A DNA stretch of 64,000 bases, from the NCBI RefSeq assembly GCF_963921235.1, contig NC_086107.1, forward strand, positions 101,310,001-101,374,000, read 5' to 3'. Positions 24,498 to 37,715 of the stretch are shown here, piece by piece. Both the position numbers and the translations under genes were made by a program. The notes beneath the pieces were generated by a model, which was not told the origin of the DNA, made no database searches, and saw nothing but the letters and a program-made list of their open reading frames with translations. Every line of letters begins with the position of its first letter. Position 1 is the first letter of the stretch. The DNA comes from Mobula hypostoma (lineage: Eukaryota).

Positions 24498-25033
24498 GCA
24501 TGTCTCGATCTTTTCTATTATTCCATCATGTAGGAGGGTCTGAGGGTTTCCCGATGACGAGGGCGCAGAGAGGGTTGTGCGGAAGCAGTGAAGGTTAGAG
24601 CTGTGATGTCGATCAGCAGTCAGAGAGATAGAGAAAGGGATGGAGAGGATCGTGATGAAGAATAATCAAAGGCAAATGGTTCCAGCACCAGTCATAGACT
24701 GTGGGGTCTGCTTAGGCCATGGCAGCCCTCACTCAGACATCTCCATTGGAGTTAGAAGTAGGAGGAGGCAATTCAGAACCTCAATCCTGCCCTCCCATTC
24801 ATGGCTGACTACCACAAACATCACGTTCCTGTACAGTTTCCATATCCTGTGAATCCCACCCCCCAAGTATCCAGAGGTCGAAGGAGCAATGCACAAGCCC
24901 ACTGAGGAACTCAGCAGGACAGGCAGCATCTATGGAGGGAAATGGATGGTCAAGATCTCGGCTTGAGACTGTTCATGGATCTCCATCATGGATGAACTCA
25001 GCAACCAAGATTCCGCACCCCTCGGGTAGGGAA

Positions 25034-25680
25034 TTAGATTAGATTATGAGGACATGCAGTCCTCTTTTATTGCCATTTAGTAATGCATGCATTAAGAAAT
25101 GATACAATGTTTTTCCAGAATGATATCACAGAAACACATGACAAACCGACTTAAAAACTAACAAAAACCACAAAATTATAACATATAGTTACAAGAGTGC
25201 AAAGCAATACCGTAATTTGACAAGAACAGACCATAGCACGGTAGAAGTCTCAAAGTCTCTCAAAAGTCCCATCATCTCACGCAGACGATAAACCTCTAGC
25301 GTCGCAAACTTGCCGATGCAGCATACTGGAAGCATCCGACCACAGTCCGACTCCGAGTCCGTCTGAAAACTCCGAGCCTCCGACCAGCTCCGATACCGAG
25401 CACCGGGCACCATCTCTGCCAAGTGTCTCGACCCCGGCCCCGGCAACAGGGCAATAGGCAAAGCTGAGGATTTGGGGCCTTCCCCTCCGGAGATTCTCGA
25501 TTGCACAGTAGCAGCGACAGCGAAGCGGGCATTTCAGAAGTTACTCCAGGTGTTGCTCCGTGCTTCTCACGGCTGTCTCCATCAAATTCGAACTGTGCAC
25601 GGCCCCCCTAGTTAACACATACGATATTCATTTGGAACGGCCGCGTGCGCTGCGTCGCGCCGCCATCTTCTCCTCCCTCC
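25034..25680 (-). mobile_element. Young non-autonomous retroelement (5' GGAGAAGATGGCGGC, (TAATC)n tail)
   Basis: CpG-rich, with AATAAA and a short-repeat tail. Related copy at 52475-53022. Confidence 0.7.
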
Positions 25681-26764
25681 AAAGATTCCCCTGACTCTGG
25701 GTGAGGAAGTTTTTCCTCAGGGATAAGTCTTTCTAAGACTGTGGCCGCTGGCTCCACTCTCCTCAGCAGGGAAACATCCTCCCAGAAACCGGCCCATAAT
25801 TATGTTATATATGTGGAACAAGCTGTAGGCCCCGCGCTTCCCCGGGCTGCAGGCCCCACATTCCTCAGCAGGGAAATGTCCTCCCGGTAACCAGCCCATA
25901 ATTTCATTACATACGTGGGCCAGAATACCAGGATCCATGTGGAAAGAACAGAAGATTTCAAATATTCTGTTCCAAAACCAGAATATTTTCCCAGAATCAA
26001 TAATAGTGTTGCACAGGATTTTCCTATGGGCCTGGTCTCTGTGGTCCATTGGGAGGGGAACGGTGGTGAAAGGTGGGTGGGAAGCACAGAGAGGAGGGCA
26101 GATGGGAGCAGGGTCTACCTTGCCCACAGACGTCACCCTCAGTCCAGGACCACTGACGGCCCTCCTCGGGGAGCAGTTGCAATGGGAAGCGGGTTGTCAT
26201 GGTCACAGATGAACGTGGATGTTACCGGCAGGTTGGGCTGAGGTTACTTGATTTGCTTGGCATGGCAGGATGGACCAATAACGCCAATACCTCATCCAGT
26301 GGGGCTGGGAAAGCACATTTATTATCAAAGAATGTATAAGTTATACACCTTGAAATTTGTCTGCTTGTTGACAGCCACAAAACAAAAAACTTGACTAATC
26401 CAATTAAGAAAAAGACAAAAAAAAATCTGCAGAGGAAAAGAGGGAAAAAAAATGCATTATGCCAACAGTAGAAGCAAGCCAACAGCATCCTGAACCAAAC
26501 TGAGTCCTAGGTCTGCTCCCGGAGCAGCTGGAGTGGGCCGAAGTTTTCACACCAGAGTGGCAGAAATACTCAGCAGCCAGGTCAGTTCACAACCTCGACT
26601 CTGCAGAGAAAAGATTGAACATTTGTGGGAGAGCGGGTGACAATCAGCTCAACCTTTGCTTCAGTACCTGACATTTAGGCTTCCAGCCTATCTAGGCCAA
26701 TGTTTAAATTGTCCAAACACCCAGTTGTTGAAGGAAATCTGGAAGTCGAACCTGACCAGAGGGC

Positions 26765-27233
26765 TTAAAAAGAGGATTTTCATAGCAGTCATAGAGTCCA
26801 TTCTCATGTACGGATGCGAGACGTGAACACTCACCAAGACGACGTGAAAGTCTGTGGATGGTTGCTATACACGAATGCTCCGGATGGCTCTTGACGTGAG
26901 TTGGCAACAGCACATGACGAACGTCGAGCTCTATAACAACCTACCGATGCTGTCCACTAAAATCAAGGCGAGAAGACTGCAACTAGTGGGGCACTGTCTG
27001 CGCCACCCCGAGCTACCTGCCAGCCTAGTCATCATATGCGAGCCTAAGCACGGGAGGATGAATCCTGGGCACCCTCCCAAGACTATGGTCAACACGCTCC
27101 TAGAAGACAGCGGCACGGCTAATGTAGATGAACTGAACACACTGATGAGGGAGAGGGAGAAGTGGAGAGTCCTTTATCGTGCCCGATGCCGGCCCCCTAG
27201 GCCTGAATTGACATAGTCGTACTAGTAGTAGTA
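26765..27233 (+). mobile_element. RTE-clade LINE 3' end
   Basis: ESILMYGCE, DGCYTRMLRMALDVSWQQHMTNVELY and RRLQLVGHCLRH motifs. (TAG)n tail. Confidence 0.8.
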
Positions 27234-27249
27234 AACACCAAGTAGTGCC

Positions 27250-27835
27250 AAGACTTTATAATGCACTAGTGAGGCCTCACTTGGGGTATTGTGAGCAGTT
27301 TTGGGCCCCTTATCTTAGAAAGGATGTGCTGAAACAGGAGAGGATTCAAAGGAGTTTCACAAAAATGATTCCAGGATTGAATGGCTTGTCATATGAAGAG
27401 CATTTGATGGCTCTGGACCTGTATTCACTAGAATTCAGAAGAATGAGGGGTGACCTCATGGGAACCTATTGAATGTTGAAAGGCCTTGGTAGAGTGGATG
27501 TGGAGAGGATGTTTCCTTTAATGGGAGAGTCTAAGACCAAAGGACACAGCCTTAGAATAGAGGTGCATCCTTTTGGAACACAGAAGAGGAGGAATTTCTT
27601 TAGCCAGAGTGGTGAATCTGTGGAATTCATTGTCACAGGCAGCTGTGGAAGCCAAGTCTTTATGTACATTTAAGGCACAGGTTGATAGATTCTTGATTGT
27701 TCAGGGCATGAAGGGATACGGGGAGAAGTCAGGAGACTGGAGCTGAGAGGAAAATTGGATCAGCCATTTTGAAATTCAGGAGAAGACTTGATGGGCCAAA
27801 TGGCCTCATTCTGCTCCGATGTCTTATGGTCTCTG
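27250..27835 (+). mobile_element. CR1 LINE 3' end
   Basis: LYNALVRPHLGYCEQFWAPYLRKDV. Confidence 0.9.
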
Positions 27836-28555
27836 TGACTCTAATATTAAAGCCACTTGTTGTGGTGAAGGCAGCCAGTCTGAATCCTAAAAGCAATCGG
27901 TATCCTAAAGTTTTCACACCCCATTCCCATGGGAATCGTGGTGCTAATTTTAGTTCCTATCCTGTTCTCTTGACATTAAAATAACAATTCATATTTATAC
28001 AGTGCTTTGAATGTTGTAAGATGTCCCGTGACACTTCCTTGGGGCTTTACCAAATAAAATTTGACACTGAGCAGCAGAAGGGTTGTTGGGACAGGTGGAT
28101 AAACTTCTGCCTTAGGGCTAACGTGATGGCAGGTTTTTGCAACACAAGTGGATGCACGTGCAATACGCAAAAAGCCAGAGGAACTCAGTGGGTGAGGCAG
28201 CGGCTGTGGAGGGCAATGGACAGTCGATGTTAGGGGTCAAGACCCTACATCTGGACTGATAGATAGAGGGGATATGGGCAGATACATAAAAGTGGAAGGA
28301 AGGGGGTGGAGGTGATGGGTTGATTCAAGTGAGGTAGGCAAAAGGTAGGTAGGGAAGAGATCTGTCCTGGGTGAGCAGTGTGGATCTCCTGGCTGCCAGG
28401 TGCCTTAATTCTGCTCCCCATTCTCACACCAACAAGTCTGTCCTCTGTCTCCTGCATTGCCAAGATGAGGCGAATTACAGAGAGCATCAACACCTCATAA
28501 TGTACCTGGACAAGATGGTGGTATGTACAGTGAATTCTGTGACTTCTGGTATTGG

Positions 28556-29362
28556 AAAGCGGAGCTTAAGAGGATTAATGGCACCTAACGGCAACTCCTT
28601 TGTTTGCATCTTCAGAAACAGCTCTATTTCCATCTTTAATATCTCTGTTTTTTCCCTTTCAGGGTTCTTTTGAAGACCCTGCCCTGGAGTTACATGCTGA
28701 CTACGGTTCTTTGCAGGAATGAGACCTGCTGCCAGGGTTTCATAACTGGCTGTTGTTCGGCACGCCGAAGGCTTAGTCTAAGAGCTCTGCTTGCCTTCGG
28801 CAGACCGAGGTTTTGTGGCTCTGGAGACGGGGAGACCGGAGCTCGGTGTCCGAGCAGAAGATTGGTGTGTCGTGGGAGATGGAAGATCTAAGACTGTGTG
28901 CCCAGAGACCTGAGATCTTTGGGCACAGAGCTCGGAAAAAACGACACAACGGACTTTAACATCATAAACCGGCGAGTTATTTGTTATGTCTCCCCTCTCG
29001 CTATGAAATGAAGACATCCCTTCCTCCCTTATTAGGGAGAGAGAGAGAGAGCCTGTCGTATGTCGAATACCGGGTGAACAATATAGTCTTTGGAGTATTG
29101 CAAATCTGTGTCTTTGCTGTTGCCTTGCTCAAGCTCGGTGGCGAATGCCAATTTTTTTGCGGTGGGGGGGGGGATTGTTGCTCGCTGCCATTTATGCGCG
29201 GGAGGGAGGTGAGCTGGGGGGGGGAGTCTTTGGGGTTCTAACATTTAACATGTCATTCATTCTTTGCGGGGCACTCCTCTGTTTTCGTGGATGGTTGCAA
29301 AGAAAAAGCATTTCAGGATGTATATTGTATATATTTCTCTGACATTAAATGTACCTTTCAAA
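28556..29362 (+). mobile_element. Non-autonomous retroelement
   Basis: The 3' end is shared with 2660-2776. No coding remnant recognised. Confidence 0.55.
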
Positions 29363-29989
29363 CCTCTGTCACTTATCTCTCCCCTCCTGATCTTCCACAT
29401 CACCGTCTCTTTCCCCTCCTCCACCGTCTCCATCTGCCTGTCACCCACATACACCTCCCACTGGTTCCCCTCCCCTGATCCCACGCTCCACCATCTTCTC
29501 CTATCAAATTCCATTATCTTCAGCTCTTTGTTGTCTCCACCTATCATGTCACAGCTTCTGACACTATTCTCACTCCCTCTTCCCCCTCTGCCTGTCAACC
29601 CCTCTTAACCTGTGTCCACCTATCTCCTGCCCCATCCCTTCCCTTCACCACTTTATGCTGTTCATCCCCCTTTATCTATCAGTCCAAATGAAGGATCTTG
29701 GCCCGAAATGTTGACTGTCCATTCTTCTCTGTAGGGGCGGCCTGACTTGCTGAGTTCCTCCAGCATTTTGTGTGTTGCTGGAGAGTTTATGTGGAGGGAA
29801 TTCCTGTACCTCGGGCTTTGATAATGAAGGCACAGCTGCAGTGGTGAGTCATAGACGCATTGAGCACAGGAACAGGTCTATCGGCCTATCAAGTCTGTGC
29901 TGGCCATCAAACACCCAGTCACATTCATCCCATTTCTTATCGTCTCCACACTCACATCTACTCTCCCAACCCTGATTCTCCCCCTCACC

Positions 29990-30565
29990 AACATATAGAA
30001 CACACAGGAACAGGCCATTTGGCCCACAGTGTTGTGCTGAACCAGCTAAAAAGCAAATCAAAAACACCCAAACACTAATCCCTCCTACCTACACTATGCC
30101 TATATCCCTCCATCTTCCTCACATCTGTCTGTCTATCCAAACGTCTCTTAAAAGCCTCGAATGTATTTGTCTCTGCCATCATACCAGGCATCCGCCACTC
30201 TCTGAGTAAAAAACTTACCTCTCACATCCCCTTTGAACCTACCTCCTCCCACCTTCAATGCATCCCCTAGGTATTAGACATTTCAACCCAGGGTAACAGA
30301 TGCTCTCTGTCTACTCTATCTATGCCTCTCATGATCTTGTAAACCTCTATCAGACCTCCCCCAAGCCTCTGATGCTCCACAGAAACCAGTCCAAGTTTGT
30401 CCAGCCTCTCGTGATAGCACATGCCCTCTAAATCAGGTAGCATCTCAGTAAACCTCTTCTGCACCCTCTCCAAAGCCAGGACATTGTCCCAATAGTGGAG
30501 CGACCGGAACTGAATGCAATACTTCAGACGTGGCCTAAGCAGCGTTCTACAAAGTTGCAAGTTTA
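29990..30565 (-). mobile_element. CR1 LINE 3' end
   Basis: LRPRLKYCIQF...ERVQKRFTEMLP. Confidence 0.85.
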
Positions 30566-30904
30566 TGAGGGGAACTTTGCAGCGGCTAGTTAACCTCCCA
30601 AACTGCACACCTTTGGGATGCAGGAGAAAGCTGGAGCACATGGAGGAATTCCACCTGAACACAGGATCAGGATCGAACCAGGGCCACCCTTGCTGTTAGG
30701 CAGTCACTCTACAAACTGTGACACTGCATCTCACAAATAAAACTCATCCCCCTCCTATGCCATGATCTGCTCTCATTCCCCTTGCCTGGGTTACACTTAC
30801 AATGAGCTGTTGGCTCCTCATTCCTCTCAATATCAACCAGTCCATTGCTGAGAGGGTCTGATGGGCTTTATAATCATGTGTATGGGTGCAAATGCCTGAT
30901 ATCT

Positions 30905-31305
30905 AAAGTAGACATGGAGAGGATGTTTCCAATAGTGGGGGAGCCTAGGACCAGAGGGCACAGATAGAATGAAGCAGAGAGGATGTTTCCAATAATGGGG
31001 GAGCCTAGGACCAGAGGGCACAGCCTCAGAAGAGAGGTGTCCCTTTAGAACAGAAATGAGGAAGAATTTAGTTAGCCAGAGGGTGGTGAATCGGTGGAAT
31101 TCATTGCCTCAGATGGCTGTGGGACAATTCAATTGGTATATTTAAAGCAGAGGTTGATAAGTTCCCGATTAGTCAGGGTGTCAAAGGTTAAGGGGAGAAG
31201 GCAGGAGAATAGGGTTAAGAGGGATAATAAATCAGCCATGATTGGATGGTGGAACAGACACGCTGGGCTGAATGGCCTAATTCTGCTCCTGTGTCTGGTC
31301 TTATT
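30905..31305 (+). mobile_element. CR1 3' end with internal 60-bp tandem duplication
   Basis: gagaggatgtttccaata.tggggagcctaggaccagagggcacag occurs at 30917 and 30977. Confidence 0.8.
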
Positions 31306-31469
31306 AACTCAAATATTTTCAGTGCCATCAGTAATGCAGTTTTCCTTCATTAACAGGAGGGGTCTCAGGAACATAATACAGCCCAGCCCCAGGAATCTGC
31401 TAGTAACGAATTAAACTAAATCCCAAACAAAATAATGGTAAGTGTGGCCTCGATTTTACTGTCCTTTTT

Positions 31470-32500
31470 CATAGAAACATAGAAAACCTACAGCACAATA
31501 CAGGCCTTTCGGCCCACAAAGCTGTGTCAAACATGTCCTTACCTTAGAAATTACCTAGGGTTACCCATAGCCCTCTATTTTTCTGAGCTCCATGTACCTG
31601 TCCAGGAGTCTCTTAAAAGACCCTATTGTATCCGCCTCCGCCACTGTTGCCGGCAGCCCATTCCACACACTCACTGCTGTCTGCGTAAAAAAACTTACCC
31701 CTGACATCTCCTCTGTACCTTCTTCCAAGCAGCTTAAAACTGTGCCCTCTCATGCTAACCATTTCAGCCCTGGGAAAAAGCCTCTGACTATCCACACAAT
31801 CAATGCCTCTCATCATCTTATACACTTCCATCAGGTCGCCTCTCATCTTCTGTTGCTCCAAGGGAAAAAGGCTGAGTTCACTCAACCTATTCTCATGAGA
31901 TATGCTCCCCAATCCAGGCAACATCATTGTAAATCTCCTCTGCACCCTTTCTGTGGTTTCTACATCCTTCCTATAGTGAGGCGACCAGAACTGAGCACAG
32001 TACTCCAAGCGGGGTCTGATCTGGGTCCTATATAGCTGCAACATTATCTCTCAGCTCCTAAACTCAATCCCACGATTGATGAAGCCTAATGCACCGTAAG
32101 CTTTCTTAACCACAGAATCAATCTGTGCAGCAGCTTTGAGTGTCTTATGGACTCAGACCCCAAGATCCCTCTGACCCTCCATACTGCCAAGAGTCTTACC
32201 ATTAATTCTATACTCCGCTATTATATTTGACCTACCAATATGAACCATCTCACACTTATCTGGGTTGAACTCCATCTGCCACTTCTCAGCCCAGTTTTGC
32301 ATTCTATCAATGTCCCTCTGTAACCTCTGACAGCCCTCCATACTATCCACAACACCTCCAATCTTTGTGTCATCAGCATATTTATTAACCCATCTCTCCA
32401 CTTCCTCATCCAGGTCATTTATAAAAATCATGAAGAGTAGGGGCCCCAGAACAGATCCCTGAGACACTCCACTGGTGATCGCCCTCCATGCAGAATATGA
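31470..32500 (-). mobile_element. CR1 LINE (RT C-half and 3' end)
   Basis: QGSVLGPLLFMIFINDL, YADDTK and RPRLEYCAQFWSP motifs. (ttctatgt)n tail. Confidence 0.92.
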
Positions 32501-33571
32501 ACTTTTCTGAAAGTTCTCTGCAAATTCTTCTGTTGTGCACTCTCACATTCTGACGAATTCAAGGCAAATTTTTCTGGGAATTTCTTTACTGCAGTCCATC
32601 ATGGATTCGGGAGCTTGCTGGAAATCCTAGCACTGCCCCTGGGATCGGGTCGGATCTGACACCAGATGTGGAGTCCATGCATTTCTCAGCAGAATTAGAT
32701 TAGTTCCTTTCTTTAAATTATTCTCATTTATTGTGATAGTTTCCAATCTTTTTTTAAAATTTAAATTAAGTTAAATTAATTTACTTTCAATAACTTGAGG
32801 TGCTGAATGCTGGAAGTTTCCGGGAGTATTGAAAACTTTGACAGCTTTGACAGGTGGCAAAACTAAGGGGGAGGAGATGGGACTGTGCTGTCAGTCAAAG
32901 CTTTCCTGCTGGAGTTTTGGGGCGGATCTTGTAGCCCCACCCAGGTCTCTCAATTACATAATGTGAGGGTCGACCACCAGTTCGTGTCTGTTCTTGTGCT
33001 GTATTGTAATTATCCAACCAAGAAATCGGAGCAGTTGGTGTTAACCCACGTGGTCACAGGGGAGAATGTGCAAAGTACACACAGACAAGCCGCTGAAGTC
33101 AGGATCGAACCCGCGTCTCTGGAGTTATGAGGCAGTGGCTCTACAAGGCCTGCCACCATGGTTGATGACCAGCATGACCATGTGGTTTAGTGTAAGGTGA
33201 CTCTGAGAATGATATCATCCACACTCAGCTCAAAGTCTGTATTTCTGCTGATCTTCTTCTTGGACCTTGTTGACACCAAAATGAAACAATAACAGAGGAG
33301 AGCTCAGAAACACAAGGACTTAACGTGACGCAGAGAGTAATGGGTGTCGTCGGTAGTGTAGAAGGTTGGGATACAGACAGGATACAGAGCTGGGCAGTGA
33401 AGTGGCAGATGGAGTTCAATCCAGTAGTGTGAAGTCTCAAAGGCAGAGTAAGAGGGTAATGGCAGGATTCCTCGCAGTGTGGGGGAACTGAGGGATCTCT
33501 GGGTCCATGTCCATAGATTCCTCAAAGTTGCTGCACAAGTTGGTATAGAGGTTAAGAATGCGTCGGGTGTG

Positions 33572-33891
33572 TGTCATGAGCCCTCCTGACCTTGTGCCTG
33601 TATTTGTTAATTATTGAGTCGTTAGGCCCTTGTTCTTTCTGTTTAATCTTGTCAAGTTTATTTTGACTGGCATGGGTTTTCCTCGTACTGTGATTATTTA
33701 AAGCGGACTCCTAATTAGCGCTCACCACGGTGTCCTTGTATGTGTGTGTGTGTGTTTCAAGAGTGCTTTCTCTTGCAGTGTCACTTGGTCAGCTGGAGTC
33801 CGGACGAATAAACACTTGTTTCTGCCTCGACATGGGAGTTTGTTATTCCTCCGCACCTGATTTCAGCTGTCTGTCAGCACACATCGTGACA
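33572..33891 (+). mobile_element. Solo LTR (~320 bp) inserted in a CR1 fragment
   Basis: TGTCA...TGACA termini, internal tatttaaa and AATAAA. Flanks ggtgtg/agtgtg form an imperfect TSD. The CR1 continues on both sides (33330-33571, 34310-34830). Confidence 0.7.
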
Positions 33892-34914
33892 AGTGTGTTG
33901 CCGTTTTTTTAGTCTTGAGTTTGACTCCAAGAGCTGTAATGTTGAATCAAGTTTCTGGGTCTGGCAAGTGGTAAAGAAAGCATTCTCTGCGAATCGATAT
34001 ATTAATTGTTTATTTACAAACAGTAAAAGTTTTACCAAACATTCATGTTCCCAAGTTACAGACATTATAAAGCTGAATATTCATCAAACATACTTAGTTA
34101 AAAGTGCATGTAGAATATACCTTCCCAATCATCATGTGCACCCTTGCCTTAAACAAAGGAAGAAGAGAGCAAGCCCCTTCCATGTGCTATTTTATATTCC
34201 CAGGATAATTGACACTGGGCACCAGGCATCTATCCAATGGGAAAAGCAGCTTCTAAACTAACCAAACACAACGCAAGCAAAATCAGAATAAGGCGTGCCC
34301 CCACAGGACAAGAGCTGCAATGTAATATTGTAGCTCTATAGAACTCTGGTTGGATCACATTTAGAGGATTGTGTTCAATTCTGGCTGCCTCATTATAGAT
34401 AGGATGTAGAAGCTTTAGAGAGGGTACAAAGGAGGCTGCCATGTGCCTTATGAGGAATGGTTGACTGACCTAGAGTTTTCTCTTTGGAGTGAAGGAGGAT
34501 GAGAGGTGACTTGATAGAAGTGTATGAGATTATGAGAGGCATGGATAGAGTGGACAGCCAGGGCAGCAATGTCCAATACCGGAGAACATCCATGTAAGGT
34601 GAGTGGACAAAAGTTTAGGGGTGATGTCAGAGGTAAGTTTTATAACTTTAAGGTGCTTGGGCTGGTGGTAGAGACTGATGCGTTATGGATAGCTAGATCA
34701 CGTGGATGTAAGAAAAATGGATGGTTATGGGCTGTGTAGAGGGAAGAGTGTGGAGTAGGTTCATATAGATCTGTACAAGGTTGAGGGCCATAGGGCCTGT
34801 ATTGTCCTGTACTGTTCTATGTTCTACATTTTATGCTTAAGTGGACAAAAAGAACCCTGCTCAGTTACACTCCAGCAATATCTAAGATCCCACCCATGGA
34901 CCCAAGACCCCAAC

Positions 34915-35430
34915 CCTATACAAAGCTTTGGTTAAGTTTCATTTGGAGTATTGTGTGAAGTTTTGGTCACCCCGTTACAGAAAGTGTATGGAAACCTTTG
35001 AAAGGGTGCGGAAGAGGTTTACCGGGATTAGAGGGTATGAGTTAAATGGAGAGGTTAGACAAACTCGAGTTGTTTTCTCTGGAGCACTGGAAACTGAGGG
35101 AAGACCGGATAAAAGTTTAGAAAGTTCTGAAAGGTGTAGATGGAGTGGACATTCAGAAATTTCTTTCCCCCAGGGTAGACATTTCAAATTCTAGAGCAGA
35201 TGCATTTAATATGAGAAGGGAAATTTTAAGGGAGATGTGCGGGGAAAATTTCTTTACACAGAGAGTGGGGGTGCCTTGAAAGGAGTGGTGGAGCAGGTAC
35301 AACAGAGGAGTTTAAGAAGCTGTTAGATAGGCATGTGACCTTGTATAGATGGAGAGACATAGGTCATGTGCAGGCAGGAGAGGTTTAGTTTAATTTGGTA
35401 TTGTGCCCAGCACAGCACAGTTTTATGTTC
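34915..35430 (+). mobile_element. CR1 3' fragment
   Basis: HLEYCVKFWSPRYRK...ERVRKRFT. Confidence 0.8.
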
Positions 35431-35879
35431 TGAATGCCATTTTGCATCTGCAGTAACATTGACGTGAGCATTGGAGTTCTTGGCCATGTTGTTGCTTAGG
35501 CAACAGCAAATGGATTCCATCCCCCCCCACCCCCCGTCCTTTCATTCCCTGCAGCAACGATTTCCACTTGGAGCTGAGAGCAAATCTACTTTGGTCAGTT
35601 AGCGGCCCAGTGAGGAACAGGTGGCGTTGTGGCGGACTCTAGTGGTCTCGGCAGCAAGAACTTGCTCCCTTCCAGTGCCGAGTGTCTTTCCAGAAGTTCC
35701 CTGGCACTGCAACATTGGCAGGCTGGCTGAGCCACTCATGACACTAAAACAGTTCTCTGAGGGTGTACCAGAAAGGAGAAAGCTTAAATTACACTTTTAA
35801 AGGTACATGTCTGTGTCTAAACAAGGAGCAGGAAAAGGCCCCACAGCTCTTCAGATTCCTTTGCTAGTTAATAAGACCA

Positions 35880-36460
35880 TAACGCCATTAGACAGAGGAG
35901 CAGAATTAGGCCATTTGGACCTTCGAGTCTGCTCCACTATTCCATCATGGCTGATTTATTATCCCTCTCAAATCCATTCTCCTGCCTTCTCCCCATAACC
36001 TTTGACACCCTGACTAATCAAGAACCTATCAACCTCTACTTTAAATATACCCAGTGACTTGGTCTTTGTAGCTGTCTGTGGCAATGAATTCTACAGATTC
36101 ACCACCCTCTGGCTAAAGAAATTCCTCATCATCCGTGTTCTAAAGAGATGTCCTTGTATTCTGAGGCTGTGCCCTTGGGTCCTAAACTCCCCCTTTATAG
36201 GAAACCTCTCCACACCTGCTCTAATCTCAGCCTTTTAATATTTGGTTGGTTTCAATGAGTTCCCCTCCCTCCTATTCTTCTAAACTCCAGCGAGTACAGA
36301 CCCAGAGCCATCAGAGGCTCCTCATCTTTTCATTCACGGGATCTTTTCCATAACCTCCTCTTGACCCTCTCCAATCCCAGCACTTAGATAAGGGGCACAA
36401 AACCGTTTCACAATACTCTAGGTGCCGTCTGACCAATGCCTTACAAGGCCTCAGTTCTTT
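35880..36460 (-). mobile_element. CR1 3' fragment
   Basis: Reverse-complement match to the CR1 3' ends elsewhere in the window. Confidence 0.8.
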
Positions 36461-36994
36461 AGGACCATAGGTAACCTAACTGTAACCTTTGCTCCCCACG
36501 TCTGTGACCACACCTGGATCACCCACCTGGAAGGTGTCTCTAAATCAGAGTCCTGACCCTGCACCCTGATGCTCACCTGCAGATAACATCTGGACTACAC
36601 GCCTGGAGTGTCGGCTCAGACCCCAGTCCAGTAACGGATACCTGAGCCTCCGCCTCCGGGATGCACCCGCAAAGCACCCAGGATCATGTGCAAAAATTCA
36701 AATTTTATTAAAGTAAACTTATTTTCAAAGTATGTATATGTTACCATACACAACCTTGAGATTCATTTTCTTGCAGGCATTTAGAGGAGAAAAGGTAAAA
36801 ACAATAGAATTTTGTGAAAAGCTACACACAGACAGACCAAGACTGACTCACAACCAGATATAGTTCAGGTGTGTTTATGAAATACACGCTTCGTGTCTGC
36901 GGTGTATGCCTGACCTGTACTGGTGGGTTACTCATCTGGAAAACACAGTCAGAATTCCAGGGAAGATATCCCCGGAATACACAACTGGACCCAA

Positions 36995-37715
36995 GAGATT
37001 CAACGGATGCTGGAAATCCTGAATAAGACACACAAAGTTCTGGAGGAAGGGGGTCATCTATTGTATCCCAGTGTGGCCTCTTTACATCGGTGAGACGTGA
37101 TACAGTAGATCAGGAGACAGTTTCACTGGGCACCTTTGCTCTCTCCGCCGCAGAAGGCGAGATCTCTCAGTGGCCACCTATTTCAATTGGACGTCCCAGT
37201 CCCATTCCAACATGTCTGTCCATAGCCTCATCTGCAGCCATGATGAGGCCACACTCAGGCTGAAGGAGCAGCATATCACTTTCTGCCTGGGTAGCCTCCA
37301 ATTTGAAGGTAAGGACATCGATTTCTCTCACTTGAGGTAAATTCTCCACCTTCCCCTTCCACTCTTTCACCATTCCCCATTCTTGTGGCTCTGTCACCTC
37401 TTCTCCTCACCTACCCATCTGCTCCTTCTGGGGCCCCACCTCATTCCCTTTCTTCCATGATCTACTGTCTTCTCCCGTTAGAGTGCTTCTTCTTCAGCCC
37501 TTTGCCTCTTCCACCTCTCACCTGCCAGCTTCCTACTTCAGCAGCCCTCCTCCACCCTCCCCTCCCACTCATGGCAGTATGTACCCCACTCCACCTCCAC
37601 TTTCCTATTCTGGCTTCTGCCCCCTTCCTTTCCAGTCCTGATGAAAGGTCTGGCCTGAAATGTCGACTCTATTCCCCTCAAGACGTGCTGAGTTTCTCCA
37701 CCACTTGGTGTATAA
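36995..37715 (+). mobile_element. Penelope-like element remnant (GIY-YIG fragment and pLTR)
   Basis: ggggtcatctattgtatc...tgtggcctctttacatcggtgagac encodes VIYCI..CGLFYIGET. A hammerhead-type motif lies near the 3' end. Confidence 0.75.
37634..37668 (+). ncRNA. Minimal type I hammerhead ribozyme motif (Penelope-associated)
   Basis: agtc-CTGATGA-a-aggtc t ggcct-GAAA-tg-TC-gact. Stem I is agtc/gact, both core boxes are intact, and the cleavage triplet is GUC. Confidence 0.55.

Noticed and set aside
25717..26241. Overlapping 90-139 aa ORFs with an internal repeat
   Set aside because: The repeat is a ~50-bp duplicated CR1 3' remnant. No domain and no convincing splice context.
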